Positions 51,557-61,964 of a DNA stretch of 64,000 nt are shown here, one piece after another. The position numbers and the translations under genes were made by a program. How positions within the stretch are numbered: position 1 is the first letter of the stretch; each line of letters starts with the position of its first letter. The notes below the pieces were generated by a model. It did no database searches and was not told the origin of the DNA. It was given only the letters and a program-made list of their open reading frames with translations. The DNA comes from Candidatus Cytomitobacter primus (GTDB lineage Bacteria > Pseudomonadota > Alphaproteobacteria > CAJXXZ01 > 1604HC): assembly GCF_008189405.1 (NCBI RefSeq), contig NZ_CP043316.1:558258-622257 (forward strand). The letters run 5' to 3'.

Positions 51557-51836
51557 TAAAACACATTAGTCATAATGATTATCCTAAGTAATTATAATAG
51601 ATACACCATAATAATCATAACAAAACAATAAATTAAAGCATTATAGTTAGCTTAAATTTTTCATAAAATCGCAAATAACATCGAATTAATATTATTATAT
51701 TTCAATATTTATACTTTAGCATTTTATATTAATATTTATTCTTATATGCATACTACTCTTAAGATCGTATTAATGTTGTTCTTAATCCCTAGAGATCTTT
51801 ATTTCACCTGAACTTTATCTATCTTCTAAATAGATC

Positions 51837-52139
51837 CTATCTTTCTTTTACATGTTTGATTTTAACATTTAAAATAGCAGTATACCCTAAATAAACATTG
51901 ACTAAGTCTTTTAAGTGAGCAGATTGATATTGTAAATAAAGCAAATTTGCATCTTTATTCGCATTTAACCACAATGTTTTTGTTTGATTAGCATAATGTG
52001 ATGGGGTTAAACATAATGCCCATTCTGGAACAAATGAACTCCACCCTTTGACTATATTCGCAATAATTGGATCCGTAATTAAAGGAGAAATAATCTTTTT
52101 AATTGCATCGCCTATTTTCTTTGCATAGTACTTCTTCAC
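51837..52139 (-). CDS. hypothetical protein
   Basis: 100 aa ORF with Trp-rich motifs (WSSFVPEWALCL). No recognisable family. Confidence 0.3.
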   Translation of the reverse strand: MKKYYAKKIGDAIKKIISPLITDPIIANIVKGWSSFVPEWALCLTPSHYANQTKTLWLNANKDANLLYLQYQSAHLKDLVNVYLGYTAILNVKIKHVKER

Positions 52140-52360
52140 ACAAATATTGTAGCATTATCCATTTAATATTGTAGTACTACTCATTGGATTTTCTATATAT
52201 TAATATATATAAACATTAAATCATTTTATGCACTGTTTCAAACTAACATATCTCACAGATCAGACTGATTCTATTAAAATCAACCTAACATTACTAAGAT
52301 ATAATTTAAGTAATAGCTAATTCTATAGTTTGACCAAACAAAACATGTTATACTTCATCT

Positions 52361-53890
52361 ATGTCCGTAGCAACAGTATCAACTATTGCATTCCATGGTT
52401 TGCAACCTATTGCTGTACAAGTACAAGCACATGTAGGAAAAGGCTTGCCAGCATTTCACATTGTTGGATTAGCTGATAAGGCTGTTGCTGAGTCTAAAGA
52501 GCGTATTAAATCTGCATTACAATCAATTGGATTATCACTACCAGCAAAAAGAGTTGTAATTAATATGTCTCCTGCTGATATACAAAAAGAAGGCAATCAC
52601 TATGATTTGCCGATTATTTTATCAATTTTAGAAGCATTAGAAATTATCCCACAAGATTATTTGAAAGATTGGATAATTATGGGGGAGATTTCACTCGATG
52701 CACAGATTAGTCATGTTACTGGTGCATTATTAGCTGCTGTATTTGCTGCTAATTCAAACAAAGGATTAATTTGTCCTGCAAGCTGTGGGAAAGAAGCTAA
52801 GTGGGGAGGGGATCTCAATATTTTAGCGCCACTAAATCTAATTCAACTACTTAACCATATTAAAGGTATTCAATTGTGCCCAGAACCACCAATCACTCAC
52901 ACTAAAGATAGAAAAAATGATCAAGATTTTGCAGATGTAAAAGGTCATGAATCAATTAAACGTGCTTTAGAGATTTCTGCTGCAGGAAAACATCATACAT
53001 TAATGATTGGACCGCCTGGAGCAGGAAAATCCATGTTGTCAGAAAGAATGAATACTATCTTGCCAGAATTAAGTACAAAAGAAGCTCTTGAAGTATCTAT
53101 GATTTATAGTGTTTCGAATCTAAATAACAAATCTGGATTAATTAAAAAGCGACCATTTCGAGCCCCACACCATAATTCCTCATTACCTTCAATTATTGGC
53201 GGTGGATATAAATGCAAACCTGGCGAAATATCATTAGCACATCATGGAATATTGTTTATGGATGAATTATCTTTATGGGCTCCTTCTGTACTTAATGGGT
53301 TAAGAGAATCAATAGAAACTGGACATATTTCTGTAGCACGTGCCAATGGAAATATACAATATCCTGCACAATTTCAACTAATTGCAGCAATGAATCCATG
53401 TATATGTGGACATGCATATGATTTAGAGCAAAGATGTGGGAAATTCCCAGTATGCTATAACAATTACATCAATAAGATTCCAGGACCAATATGGGATAGA
53501 TTCGGAATAATCATTTCAATTGATAAATTATCTCCATGGGAATTAAGTGAGATTAATGGAAAATCAAAAAGCAGTGCTGAGATGAAGCATGATGTAGAAA
53601 AAGCAATTACAATGCAAAAAACACGATATGCTGGATTATCTTTCAGCTGTAATCACAATGTCCCTAGCTCTAAAATTGGCATTTTGAATGTATCACAAGA
53701 AGCAATGGAATTGATCAATAAGTATGCGAAAAGTATAAATATGTCAAACAGACGGTATTATAATAGTATAAAAATTGCTCGTACAATTGCTGATATAGAA
53801 GGTAGTGTGTCAGTACAAACAAATCATATCGAAGAATCAATTAGCTATAATATATTTCAGAAAAATATCTCCCCCGTACAAATCAAATAG
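52361..53890 (+). CDS. Mg-chelatase-like ATPase YifB/ComM family
   Basis: 509 aa. Walker A IGPPGAGKSM. Lon-like N-terminus and C-terminal helical domain typical of YifB. Confidence 0.8.
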   Translation: MSVATVSTIAFHGLQPIAVQVQAHVGKGLPAFHIVGLADKAVAESKERIKSALQSIGLSLPAKRVVINMSPADIQKEGNHYDLPIILSILEALEIIPQDYLKDWIIMGEISLDAQISHVTGALLAAVFAANSNKGLICPASCGKEAKWGGDLNILAPLNLIQLLNHIKGIQLCPEPPITHTKDRKNDQDFADVKGHESIKRALEISAAGKHHTLMIGPPGAGKSMLSERMNTILPELSTKEALEVSMIYSVSNLNNKSGLIKKRPFRAPHHNSSLPSIIGGGYKCKPGEISLAHHGILFMDELSLWAPSVLNGLRESIETGHISVARANGNIQYPAQFQLIAAMNPCICGHAYDLEQRCGKFPVCYNNYINKIPGPIWDRFGIIISIDKLSPWELSEINGKSKSSAEMKHDVEKAITMQKTRYAGLSFSCNHNVPSSKIGILNVSQEAMELINKYAKSINMSNRRYYNSIKIARTIADIEGSVSVQTNHIEESISYNIFQKNISPVQIK

Positions 53891-54118
53891 TTATTAATAA
53901 ACTTGACCATTTTATAACTAATAATCTTTATATTTAATATCTTTATAGCTACAAATAACATGCCTACAATCTTCTGATAATTTTAGCCTATAAATCATTC
54001 AATATATATTAAAAATATTAAAACACAACTTTCGATTCTATTAAGCTTACAGGTCAATTCTAATATGATTAAACTTATAAAATAATAGTATGTTTTGCTG
54101 TGCAATTCTTATGTATAA

Positions 54119-54613
54119 CTAGAACACAATTTTCAGCATATTGCCACGATAATCAATCGTATATTTCTCTGATAACACTCCAATCAAATGAAAATAGCAT
54201 GTGTACGATGATAAATCTTGCTTCTGCAATGCTTGCACCTCTTCTGCATTGATTTGCATATCTATACTCAATGATTGGTTAGTGATATTAATTGTAACTT
54301 GCTGTTGTTTTTGTGAAGCAATTAAAGCTAATAATAAAATAATCGATGGAACATTCTCTTTGTCTTCTTCCATGGTTATTTCAAGTTTTATATTGTCATA
54401 TTTACCTAATATTTTTCCTACATGTTGCAGGCCAAGGTTGGGGTTTAGAATATTACGTGTTATTTCCAATATATTAATTGCATTTGCGAGTGACTCTTTG
54501 ATTAATTCCTGATTGCCTTGAATATCATCTAAGCTCATTAACATATCCATTGCACCAAGTGGATTTAGCAAATCATGAGAAATTCTTGCAATAATAGTTT
54601 GTAATAATGGCAT
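54119..54613 (-). CDS. chpT: histidine phosphotransferase ChpT-like
   Basis: 164 aa. N-terminal IIARISHDLLNPLGAM matches the ChpT/HisKA-like phosphoacceptor block of the alphaproteobacterial CckA-ChpT-CtrA relay. Confidence 0.55.
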   Translation of the reverse strand: MPLLQTIIARISHDLLNPLGAMDMLMSLDDIQGNQELIKESLANAINILEITRNILNPNLGLQHVGKILGKYDNIKLEITMEEDKENVPSIILLLALIASQKQQQVTINITNQSLSIDMQINAEEVQALQKQDLSSYTCYFHLIGVLSEKYTIDYRGNMLKIVF

Positions 54614-54732
54614 ATTTTACTATACAATGCGCTATAAGATTTTAAAAGATTCTGCAATAAATACATAGAAATATACAAGCACTCAGATATGCACAGTATA
54701 AAATTTTATATCGACTGTGATACTTGCAATAT

Positions 54733-55542
54733 CTATGGTCTGAATAGTGTAAGTGCTGCACATACAGCTGTTTCAGTACGCAATACATTATCATGAAGCT
54801 GCACTTTATTATATTTTTGCAGTAAGCTCAAATCATTTTCTGACCAACCACCTTCAGGGCCAATTAGAATTCCGTCACCATTCCAAAAATCTATTGAATT
54901 ACTCTGCTCTATGTGTGTGCGATTATTTTCTATAATTTCTACCAAATTGCTCTGTATCAAACTGTCTGATTGTGAATTTATTTGGGTGTCTTGTGATTTT
55001 ATTTGTGCATTATTGATTTGATTATCTTGTGATTCATAATACTTTGCATTTTTATCAGAACTTTCTTCTTTCGCAGCAACTACCCAGTTTAGTTCAGGCA
55101 AATTTGATAATTTAATATTCTCATGAATCTTAGGCACACCAATCCTCCCACACTGTTCTGCAGCTTCAATTGCAATGCGTTCTAAACGCCTTAAATCGAT
55201 ATATTTGTGATTCACACGGTCGGTCATCAATAGGTAAATTTCATCAACCCCAAGTTCAGTAGCTTTTTCTATTGCCCATTCTAACCTGCTTTTTCGAATA
55301 TACCCCATACCAATCTTTGGACGCCTTTGTATTGTAGCTAATTTCTGTTCAATATTCTTCTGCTCTATAGCATGTATATGTGGGAAACTAATCTTCGCTC
55401 TCCACTCATTTTGATTATCAAAAATTTCTATAATCTGCCCGTCTTGACACCTCATTACATTCTTTAAATAATGCATTTGTTTGGCGTTTAGCATAATAGT
55501 ATCTTGAATATTTTCTACGTACACTCTGATCATAATACACAT
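54733..55542 (-). CDS. rsmE: 16S rRNA (uracil1498-N3)-methyltransferase RsmE with internal low-complexity insert
   Basis: 269 aa. C-terminal IGPEGGWSENDLSLL...RTETAVCAAL is the RsmE SPOUT signature. Gln/Ser/Asn-rich insert in the middle. Confidence 0.65.
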   Translation of the reverse strand: MCIMIRVYVENIQDTIMLNAKQMHYLKNVMRCQDGQIIEIFDNQNEWRAKISFPHIHAIEQKNIEQKLATIQRRPKIGMGYIRKSRLEWAIEKATELGVDEIYLLMTDRVNHKYIDLRRLERIAIEAAEQCGRIGVPKIHENIKLSNLPELNWVVAAKEESSDKNAKYYESQDNQINNAQIKSQDTQINSQSDSLIQSNLVEIIENNRTHIEQSNSIDFWNGDGILIGPEGGWSENDLSLLQKYNKVQLHDNVLRTETAVCAALTLFRP

Positions 55543-55689
55543 ACCCCAATCATAAATTTATCTACTATTCTCATCATGTTTATTCTAACATCATTCCCTC
55601 TGCATCTCATTTCCATCCATTTATACATTATATTCTTGCTCTTTCTATGCACCATCACGCATTTATTGGTTATATCTATAATCATACTA

Positions 55690-56367
55690 TTATATTCTCA
55701 TCCCTCGCATTGGATTAACGGTTGTATCTATAATGATAGACTCTTTCCCATATACATTTCCATCATTTTCAACACCAAATATTTCTTTATGGAATGCTTT
55801 ATTGCGTGGAATATTTATTTCATGTTGAATCTCAAACCTTTCCTTGATTTTCGCTTCTTTTACTTCTCTTTGGTTGCAATACTTTTTATTCATTCCTACT
55901 ATATTATTATTCAGCTCTATCTTATCAAACTCAATTCCACTACTTTGTTCAGATAAATTTGCACTTGTCATGCATAATGGGATATTTGTCATTTCTAATA
56001 CTTGCTGAAATATTTGGTTTTCAGGAACACGAATTCCTATTTTCCCTGAATATATATCATCAGAATGAAACCCATACTGTTCTTTACTTTCAACAATTAT
56101 GGTAAAAGGACCTGGAAATAATCTATCACACAGTATTTGTAAATTATTTGCTATATTGAATTGTTTCAGCATGTTTTTAGTAATATGCAAGCTGATTGGC
56201 TTATGAATACTTCGATTTTTTATAGTAAAAAGATTATCTACTGCAAATTGAGAATCATATCTCACACCAATACCATATACAGTTTCAGTAGGAAGAATAA
56301 CTGGATTCCCCTTGATAATCTCCTGAGCAATACGCTCAATCGATTTAGTTTTTGTTAAACATATCAT
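55690..56367 (-). CDS. tsaC: L-threonylcarbamoyladenylate synthase (TsaC/YrdC family)
   Basis: 225 aa. YrdC motifs ILPTETVYGIG and SANLSEQ. Sua5/YrdC family. Confidence 0.7.
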   Translation of the reverse strand: MICLTKTKSIERIAQEIIKGNPVILPTETVYGIGVRYDSQFAVDNLFTIKNRSIHKPISLHITKNMLKQFNIANNLQILCDRLFPGPFTIIVESKEQYGFHSDDIYSGKIGIRVPENQIFQQVLEMTNIPLCMTSANLSEQSSGIEFDKIELNNNIVGMNKKYCNQREVKEAKIKERFEIQHEINIPRNKAFHKEIFGVENDGNVYGKESIIIDTTVNPMRGMRI

Positions 56368-57667
56368 ATGCTAATTTCCTTAAACTTACATCTGCACTAT
56401 CTTTATCATTGCTATTCTTATCATTACTACCTTTGTTTTCAATATTATCTTTGTTTCCAATATTATCTTTGCCTTTATCTGACTTTGCATCTGCGCTACT
56501 ATCTGATTTTGTATTATTCAGCTCTACATTCTTATTGTCCACATTCACATCTTTGTTCATCTTTAATTCATTTGGCATAGCATTCACTTGTATATCAATA
56601 GATTTAGAATAAGCATTAGAAGATACAGTGTGCATTTGCGTATCACGCATAGAATCAGGAGATATAGCATATATCATTGCAGCTTTTGCTAAATGTAAAT
56701 CCAATATTTCTTCTGGGTACGGGCTTTGATGCAATTCAACCGAACTCTGTGCTAACATATACCCTAATGCAATATCTTTCTCAGACACATTGCCTAATTG
56801 CCTCAGCTCAAATAGAATTTGACGAATTATATTTAAAGCATCAGATCCTTCTGAAATGATTTGTTTAATTAGCTGCTTTAATGATAATTGATTGTTTTCT
56901 TTTATACACTTTATTATATTTTGCAGATTATCATCAGAGGTCAAACCAAGCATTTTCTGTAGGTCTTTATCATTTACTTTATTATCAAAAAGTAAAGCTG
57001 CTTGCTCCAGAACTGCAATTGCTTGCCTCATTGAACCATACGAAGAGAGAGTAATAATCTTTATTGCAGATGCAGAAATATTTATACCATACTGATCTGC
57101 CAAATTAGTCATATGTGATTGCATACTATCTTTATTTATACTATCCAATGAAATTCTAAAACATCTAGAAATAATAGTTTTGGGGATTTTATCCAAATCC
57201 GTTGTGGCTAATACAAACTGAATATAGTCATTAGGCTCCTCTAACGTTTTTAACAAAGCACTAATCGCACTTCTAGATAACATGTGTACTTCATCGATAA
57301 TATATACTCTTTTATTAGCTACCACTGGCTTGTATATAGATCCATCTAAAAGAGTCCTGATAGAATCTACACTTGTATTACTTGCACCATCTAACTCAAA
57401 TACATCTGGATGGGTCCCATTCATACAATCCACACAACCTTTACACTCACCACATGGCTCATCATCAACATGCTTTTCACAGCAAATCCATTGAGCTATC
57501 AATCTAGCTAAAGTAGTCTTCCCAACACCAGCAGGTCCATGTAATAAGCAAACATTACCTAAAAGATTACGTTTCAACCCATTATGCAGTAACTTTACAG
57601 CTAAATCCTGCCCAATAACATTTTGAAATTTTCTAGGTCTAGCCTGTCTTGGTAAATTGCTTTTCAT
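56345..57667 (-). CDS. dnaX: DNA polymerase III subunit gamma/tau
   Basis: 440 aa. Walker A GPAGVGKTT, zinc module CGECKGCVDC, sensor motifs. Asn/Lys/Asp-rich low-complexity C-terminus. Confidence 0.85.
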   Translation of the reverse strand: MKSNLPRQARPRKFQNVIGQDLAVKLLHNGLKRNLLGNVCLLHGPAGVGKTTLARLIAQWICCEKHVDDEPCGECKGCVDCMNGTHPDVFELDGASNTSVDSIRTLLDGSIYKPVVANKRVYIIDEVHMLSRSAISALLKTLEEPNDYIQFVLATTDLDKIPKTIISRCFRISLDSINKDSMQSHMTNLADQYGINISASAIKIITLSSYGSMRQAIAVLEQAALLFDNKVNDKDLQKMLGLTSDDNLQNIIKCIKENNQLSLKQLIKQIISEGSDALNIIRQILFELRQLGNVSEKDIALGYMLAQSSVELHQSPYPEEILDLHLAKAAMIYAISPDSMRDTQMHTVSSNAYSKSIDIQVNAMPNELKMNKDVNVDNKNVELNNTKSDSSADAKSDKGKDNIGNKDNIENKGSNDKNSNDKDSADVSLRKLAYDMFNKN

Positions 57668-57857
57668 TACTTAATCATTACGGAAGTTTCAGAGTATATC
57701 AATAGTTTTCTGAGAAGTGCTAAAATACTTAAAATTTCTTTGTATAAGTTTCTTGATATGCGTTAAAGTAGCCACTTAATCCATATTCATTCAGTATAAT
57801 CAATTTAATTTATACTCATCAGTTGAATAAAAATATAGAATCAGTAAATAATAAAAT

Positions 57858-58466
57858 ATGAAATCAAAAAGATACCTAATATTTGGATCAATTTTACTAA
57901 CTTCATTTGCGATTTATATCAGCCAACATCAGAAAGTTCCATTTGAACATATGGAAGTATGCTTTACACCTTCACAAAAATGCACACCACTAATTATTCG
58001 GAATATTAGGAAGGCAAAAAACTCTATTTATGTACAAGCCTATACCTGGACATCTAAGGATATTTCTCAAGCACTAGTAGAAATGAAGAAAAAAGGGGTA
58101 GAAATTAAAATAATTCTAGACAAAGTAAATATGAACAAAAATAATGTTATCCATTTCTTACAACAAAATAATATAAATCTCATGATCGACCATGTGCCAG
58201 GCATTGCTCATAATAAAATTATTGTAATTGATGATCATACTGTCATTACAGGAAGTTTTAACTTTTCTAAAGCAGCTGATACAAAAAATGTAGAAAATGT
58301 TGTTAAAATACAAAGCAAAGAAGTTAATCAAATCTATATGAAAAACTGGATTAAAAGACAAAAATTTGCACAAGATATAGATAATGTTGTAGTTAGTAAA
58401 AATGCATATAAGCCATGGAAAGAAAATTACAAATATCATTATAAGAAACATGATCGTTACAAGTAA
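57858..58466 (+). CDS. pld: phospholipase D / Nuc-family HKD protein (rickettsial Pld-like)
   Basis: 202 aa. Signal-like N-terminus. Single HKD motif HNKIIVIDDHTVITGSFNFS. Size and architecture match the small secreted PLD of Rickettsia. Confidence 0.65.
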   Translation: MKSKRYLIFGSILLTSFAIYISQHQKVPFEHMEVCFTPSQKCTPLIIRNIRKAKNSIYVQAYTWTSKDISQALVEMKKKGVEIKIILDKVNMNKNNVIHFLQQNNINLMIDHVPGIAHNKIIVIDDHTVITGSFNFSKAADTKNVENVVKIQSKEVNQIYMKNWIKRQKFAQDIDNVVVSKNAYKPWKENYKYHYKKHDRYK

Positions 58467-58525
58467 CTGTTTTAATGTTTAGTATGATAAAACCATAGGA
58501 TTAGCATACTATTAAGCGATATTTA

Positions 58526-60568
58526 TTAAATAATACCATTAATGATGTTCATAATCTTTGCTACAATCTTATCTTTCTCAAATCCAAAATGTGCCATTAC
58601 CTCATCCCCTTTGCCTGACAAGCCAAACTCGCTAATCCCAATTACTAATATATTTTTAGAGTAAACTCCGTATTTATACCAAATATTTGAATGACTTGCC
58701 TCAATGCATACAAGCAAATCAGATTCTAATATTGTTTTCTTCTGATCATCATGAAATCTATCAAATAGATCTGTAGAAATCATAGAAATTACATCTATAT
58801 TATAATCTATATTAGCGTGATCTTTACTACCTGGTTGTGTTTTATGCAAATGTACTTGATTATCCGAATTAGTTTTAGCGCCATATGAATTCATTATAGA
58901 TTCTTGAGGCATTGCACATAGTCTGAGCAAACCCCCAACTGCATCTGCAACATCACATGATAATGGCACTTCAGATCCTGTAGCAATAATTTTTATATTA
59001 TACTTGTTTGCTGCTAATTCATGACTATTTTTAATATTCGCATACTTTTTTATAAAATATGATGCCTCTATATTATTTGAGCTGCATGCATCATACTCAA
59101 TATATCGTATCTTCTGCCTGCTCAACACTAATATAGATGGGTATTCAGAGTTTAATGCCATTTCCCAAGCCCATGCAACTTCTAACCCATTACTTGGCCT
59201 AAATACACGTAAGTTTGGAATTAATCTCAAGCTATCTAAGTGCTCAATTGGTTGATGAGTTGGCCCATCTTCCCCTACAGCAATAGAGTCATGCGTTGCT
59301 ATAAAAATCAATGGAATTTTCATTAAAGCTGCGAGTCTAATAGCAGGTCGAGCATAATCTGTAAAAACTAGAAATGTAGCACAGCAAGCTTTTAATCCAG
59401 ACAAAACCATCCCACCTGTGATTGCTGTCATAGCATGCTCCCTAACTCCAAAAGCTATATACCTACCATTAATCATTGTGTTTGTAGAAGCTCCTAAATC
59501 AGCCGATCCAAATACTATATCATCATACTTTTCTGCTAAATTATTCAAAATAATACCAGATGCTACTCTAATAGACATATCTTTTTTTATTTGATCTTTT
59601 ACTTTATTATCTACTAAATACCTTGAATTGCTTTTGATTATTTCATTGTTTGATTTATTACTAAGATTAGTGAAATATTCAGTGTTATTTTTGATCACAT
59701 TATCCCAAAACTGCCTTACATCAGGAGGTATTTGGAAATCATTATAATGAGTGCTAAATTTCTCCTTGATTAAATCAATATCCACTTTCTTCATTACTTT
59801 CCCGTGAATTTTTTCACTTCTCTCGTAATTAGATCCATATCCTATAATCGTTTTACATCTAATTAAAGTTGGTTTATCAGATTCTTGCGCTTGTAAAATT
59901 GCATTGTTAATTTCATTTACATTATGCCCATCAATCTCAATCACATTCCAATTATAAGATTTAAAACTCAATGTTACCTGCTCAACTCTAGATAAATCTG
60001 TAGACCCATCTATCGTAATTTCATTATCATCCCAAAAAACAATTAATTTATTTAGATTCCATTTGCCAGCCAAAGCACAAGCTTCATATGAAATCCCTTC
60101 CATCAGATCACCGTCACTAGCCAAAACATAAGTATAATAATTTAAGCATTTTAATTTTTCTGCTTTTGCAATCCCAACTGCCCATGCAATTCCTTGACCT
60201 AATGGCCCAGTTGTCATCTCAATTAAATCGCTTTTTTCTGGGTGACCAGCAAGCTCTGATCCAATTTTACGAAATCCTAATAAGTCATTTAATTCAATTT
60301 CGTTCATACAGTATAGGGTGGCATATAATAATGCAGATCCATGCCCAGCTGATAAAATGAAACGATCTCTATTGGAGTGTTTTCTTTGAAATTTCAAATG
60401 CATAGACCACAAAACTGCTGCAACATCAGCCATGCCCAAAACAATCCCTTGGTGACCTGAATTAGCATTGTCTATCATATCCAAAGCAATACACCTAAGC
60501 ATATTCGCAGCCCTTTTTATAATTTTTTCTTTATTTATATCTCTTTGCTTATTCATATTAAAATCCAT
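58526..60568 (-). CDS. tkt: transketolase
   Basis: 680 aa. TPP-binding N-terminus (SGHQGIVLGMADVAAVLW) and GDGDLMEG block. Full three-domain length. Confidence 0.85.
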   Translation of the reverse strand: MDFNMNKQRDINKEKIIKRAANMLRCIALDMIDNANSGHQGIVLGMADVAAVLWSMHLKFQRKHSNRDRFILSAGHGSALLYATLYCMNEIELNDLLGFRKIGSELAGHPEKSDLIEMTTGPLGQGIAWAVGIAKAEKLKCLNYYTYVLASDGDLMEGISYEACALAGKWNLNKLIVFWDDNEITIDGSTDLSRVEQVTLSFKSYNWNVIEIDGHNVNEINNAILQAQESDKPTLIRCKTIIGYGSNYERSEKIHGKVMKKVDIDLIKEKFSTHYNDFQIPPDVRQFWDNVIKNNTEYFTNLSNKSNNEIIKSNSRYLVDNKVKDQIKKDMSIRVASGIILNNLAEKYDDIVFGSADLGASTNTMINGRYIAFGVREHAMTAITGGMVLSGLKACCATFLVFTDYARPAIRLAALMKIPLIFIATHDSIAVGEDGPTHQPIEHLDSLRLIPNLRVFRPSNGLEVAWAWEMALNSEYPSILVLSRQKIRYIEYDACSSNNIEASYFIKKYANIKNSHELAANKYNIKIIATGSEVPLSCDVADAVGGLLRLCAMPQESIMNSYGAKTNSDNQVHLHKTQPGSKDHANIDYNIDVISMISTDLFDRFHDDQKKTILESDLLVCIEASHSNIWYKYGVYSKNILVIGISEFGLSGKGDEVMAHFGFEKDKIVAKIMNIINGII

Positions 60569-60716
60569 AAATAAGCTTCACATAAAATTTAAAAATTGAA
60601 TAGAAATTTAAATCACTAATTATTTTATGCTTCATAGTTTATTTATAAATTTATCTCATTCAAACATTTTGTAAAAAATCATTCACTTACTACTTATATG
60701 TAATTATACAGTTGAA

Positions 60717-61964
60717 CTATTTATCCTTCTTATGCTTCACAATCAAGTTAAGATGCACTCCTTGCAAATCAAAATGATCTATCATCTTACGCTCTAAATA
60801 TCTAAGCCTTGTATCCTCAATCGTTCTGTTTGAAAAAAGACCAAAAGAGGGCGGGTTCATGCCAAGTTGAGTGATATATTTAATACCTGATCTATTAACA
60901 GCATCTGTGTTTTTCATACTAGCAAACCATTTGTTTAGATGAGAAGTTTGAACCTTCTTTTTCATTTTAGTTTCTACTTCATTCATAGCATTCACTAAAT
61001 TATTTATTCCATAACCCGTAATACCAGATACAGCAATACAATAAACTCCATGAAATCTTTTTTTCAATTCTTTTTTAGCATTAGACAAAACAACTAAATC
61101 ACTATTCATTTTATCCCACATCCCAATTCCAACTATCAAACCTTTACCACGAGACCAAATTTTATCCATCAAAAGCAAATCAACCCTACTAATTCCTTGT
61201 GTAATATCAATCAAAACTACAAAATGACTCACTGAAACATTAATTGCTTTCAGCAATCTGTATTGACTGGCTTTCTCAAGGTCAGAAAGATTGGTGTTTT
61301 TTCTATAACCGGGAGTATCTATCATATGGAAAATTTTATTCTTACCAGTAATCGAAACAGCATTAACTTCTTGAGTAGTACCAATTTCATCTTTTACTAA
61401 GAATCTTTCCTGACCAATTAACTTGTTCAGCAAAGTTGATTTTCCTACATTAGATCTGCCAACAAAACCCCAAGATATGCTTTTCAATTCTTCTTCTTCA
61501 TCTTCTTCAAACCAACTAGAAATATACTTGTTCAGCTCATCAGTTCCATGATTCCTCAAAACAGAAATATATCTTGTTTCCATATCATTTTTATTGCTAT
61601 GCACATGCCCTAAATCAGATTTGTTTACTAATACCAAAACTTTTTTTCCCGAATTCATGGCATATTTCAAGAATCTATTACTTATATCATTCCACCCAGT
61701 ATGATCTATCACTATAAGAAAAGCATTAACACTAGGTATTTTTTCAATAAAATGATCAATTTCATCTGTTCTATTAATTCCTGGCAAATCAACCAAGTTA
61801 AAGTTACTTGTAACTGATGTTTTAATAATAACATCTCGCGTCAAGTCTCTTTGAGAACCAACTAAAGAAACTCTCTCACCAACCATTTTGTTAAATAATG
61901 AGGATTTCCCTACATTAGTTTCTCCAAGCAATACTACATTTGGTATTGGGTCAAAAATTTTCAT
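60717..61964 (-). CDS. der: ribosome-associated GTPase Der (EngA)
   Basis: 415 aa. Two tandem GTPase domains (GETNVGKSSLFN and GRSNVGKSTLLN). yfgM-bamB-der synteny. Confidence 0.85.
   Translation of the reverse strand: MKIFDPIPNVVLLGETNVGKSSLFNKMVGERVSLVGSQRDLTRDVIIKTSVTSNFNLVDLPGINRTDEIDHFIEKIPSVNAFLIVIDHTGWNDISNRFLKYAMNSGKKVLVLVNKSDLGHVHSNKNDMETRYISVLRNHGTDELNKYISSWFEEDEEEELKSISWGFVGRSNVGKSTLLNKLIGQERFLVKDEIGTTQEVNAVSITGKNKIFHMIDTPGYRKNTNLSDLEKASQYRLLKAINVSVSHFVVLIDITQGISRVDLLLMDKIWSRGKGLIVGIGMWDKMNSDLVVLSNAKKELKKRFHGVYCIAVSGITGYGINNLVNAMNEVETKMKKKVQTSHLNKWFASMKNTDAVNRSGIKYITQLGMNPPSFGLFSNRTIEDTRLRYLERKMIDHFDLQGVHLNLIVKHKKDK

Noticed and set aside
55504-55956. 150-aa + strand ORF
   Set aside because: Overlaps the rsmE start region and the tsaC 3' end on the opposite strand. 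Hydrophobic low-complexity translation without a family signal.
56352-56612. 86- and 70-aa + strand ORFs with repetitive Leu/Ser/Tyr/Cys composition
   Set aside because: Antisense to the low-complexity C-terminal tail of dnaX. The repeats mirror the sense-strand Asn/Lys/Asp repeats.
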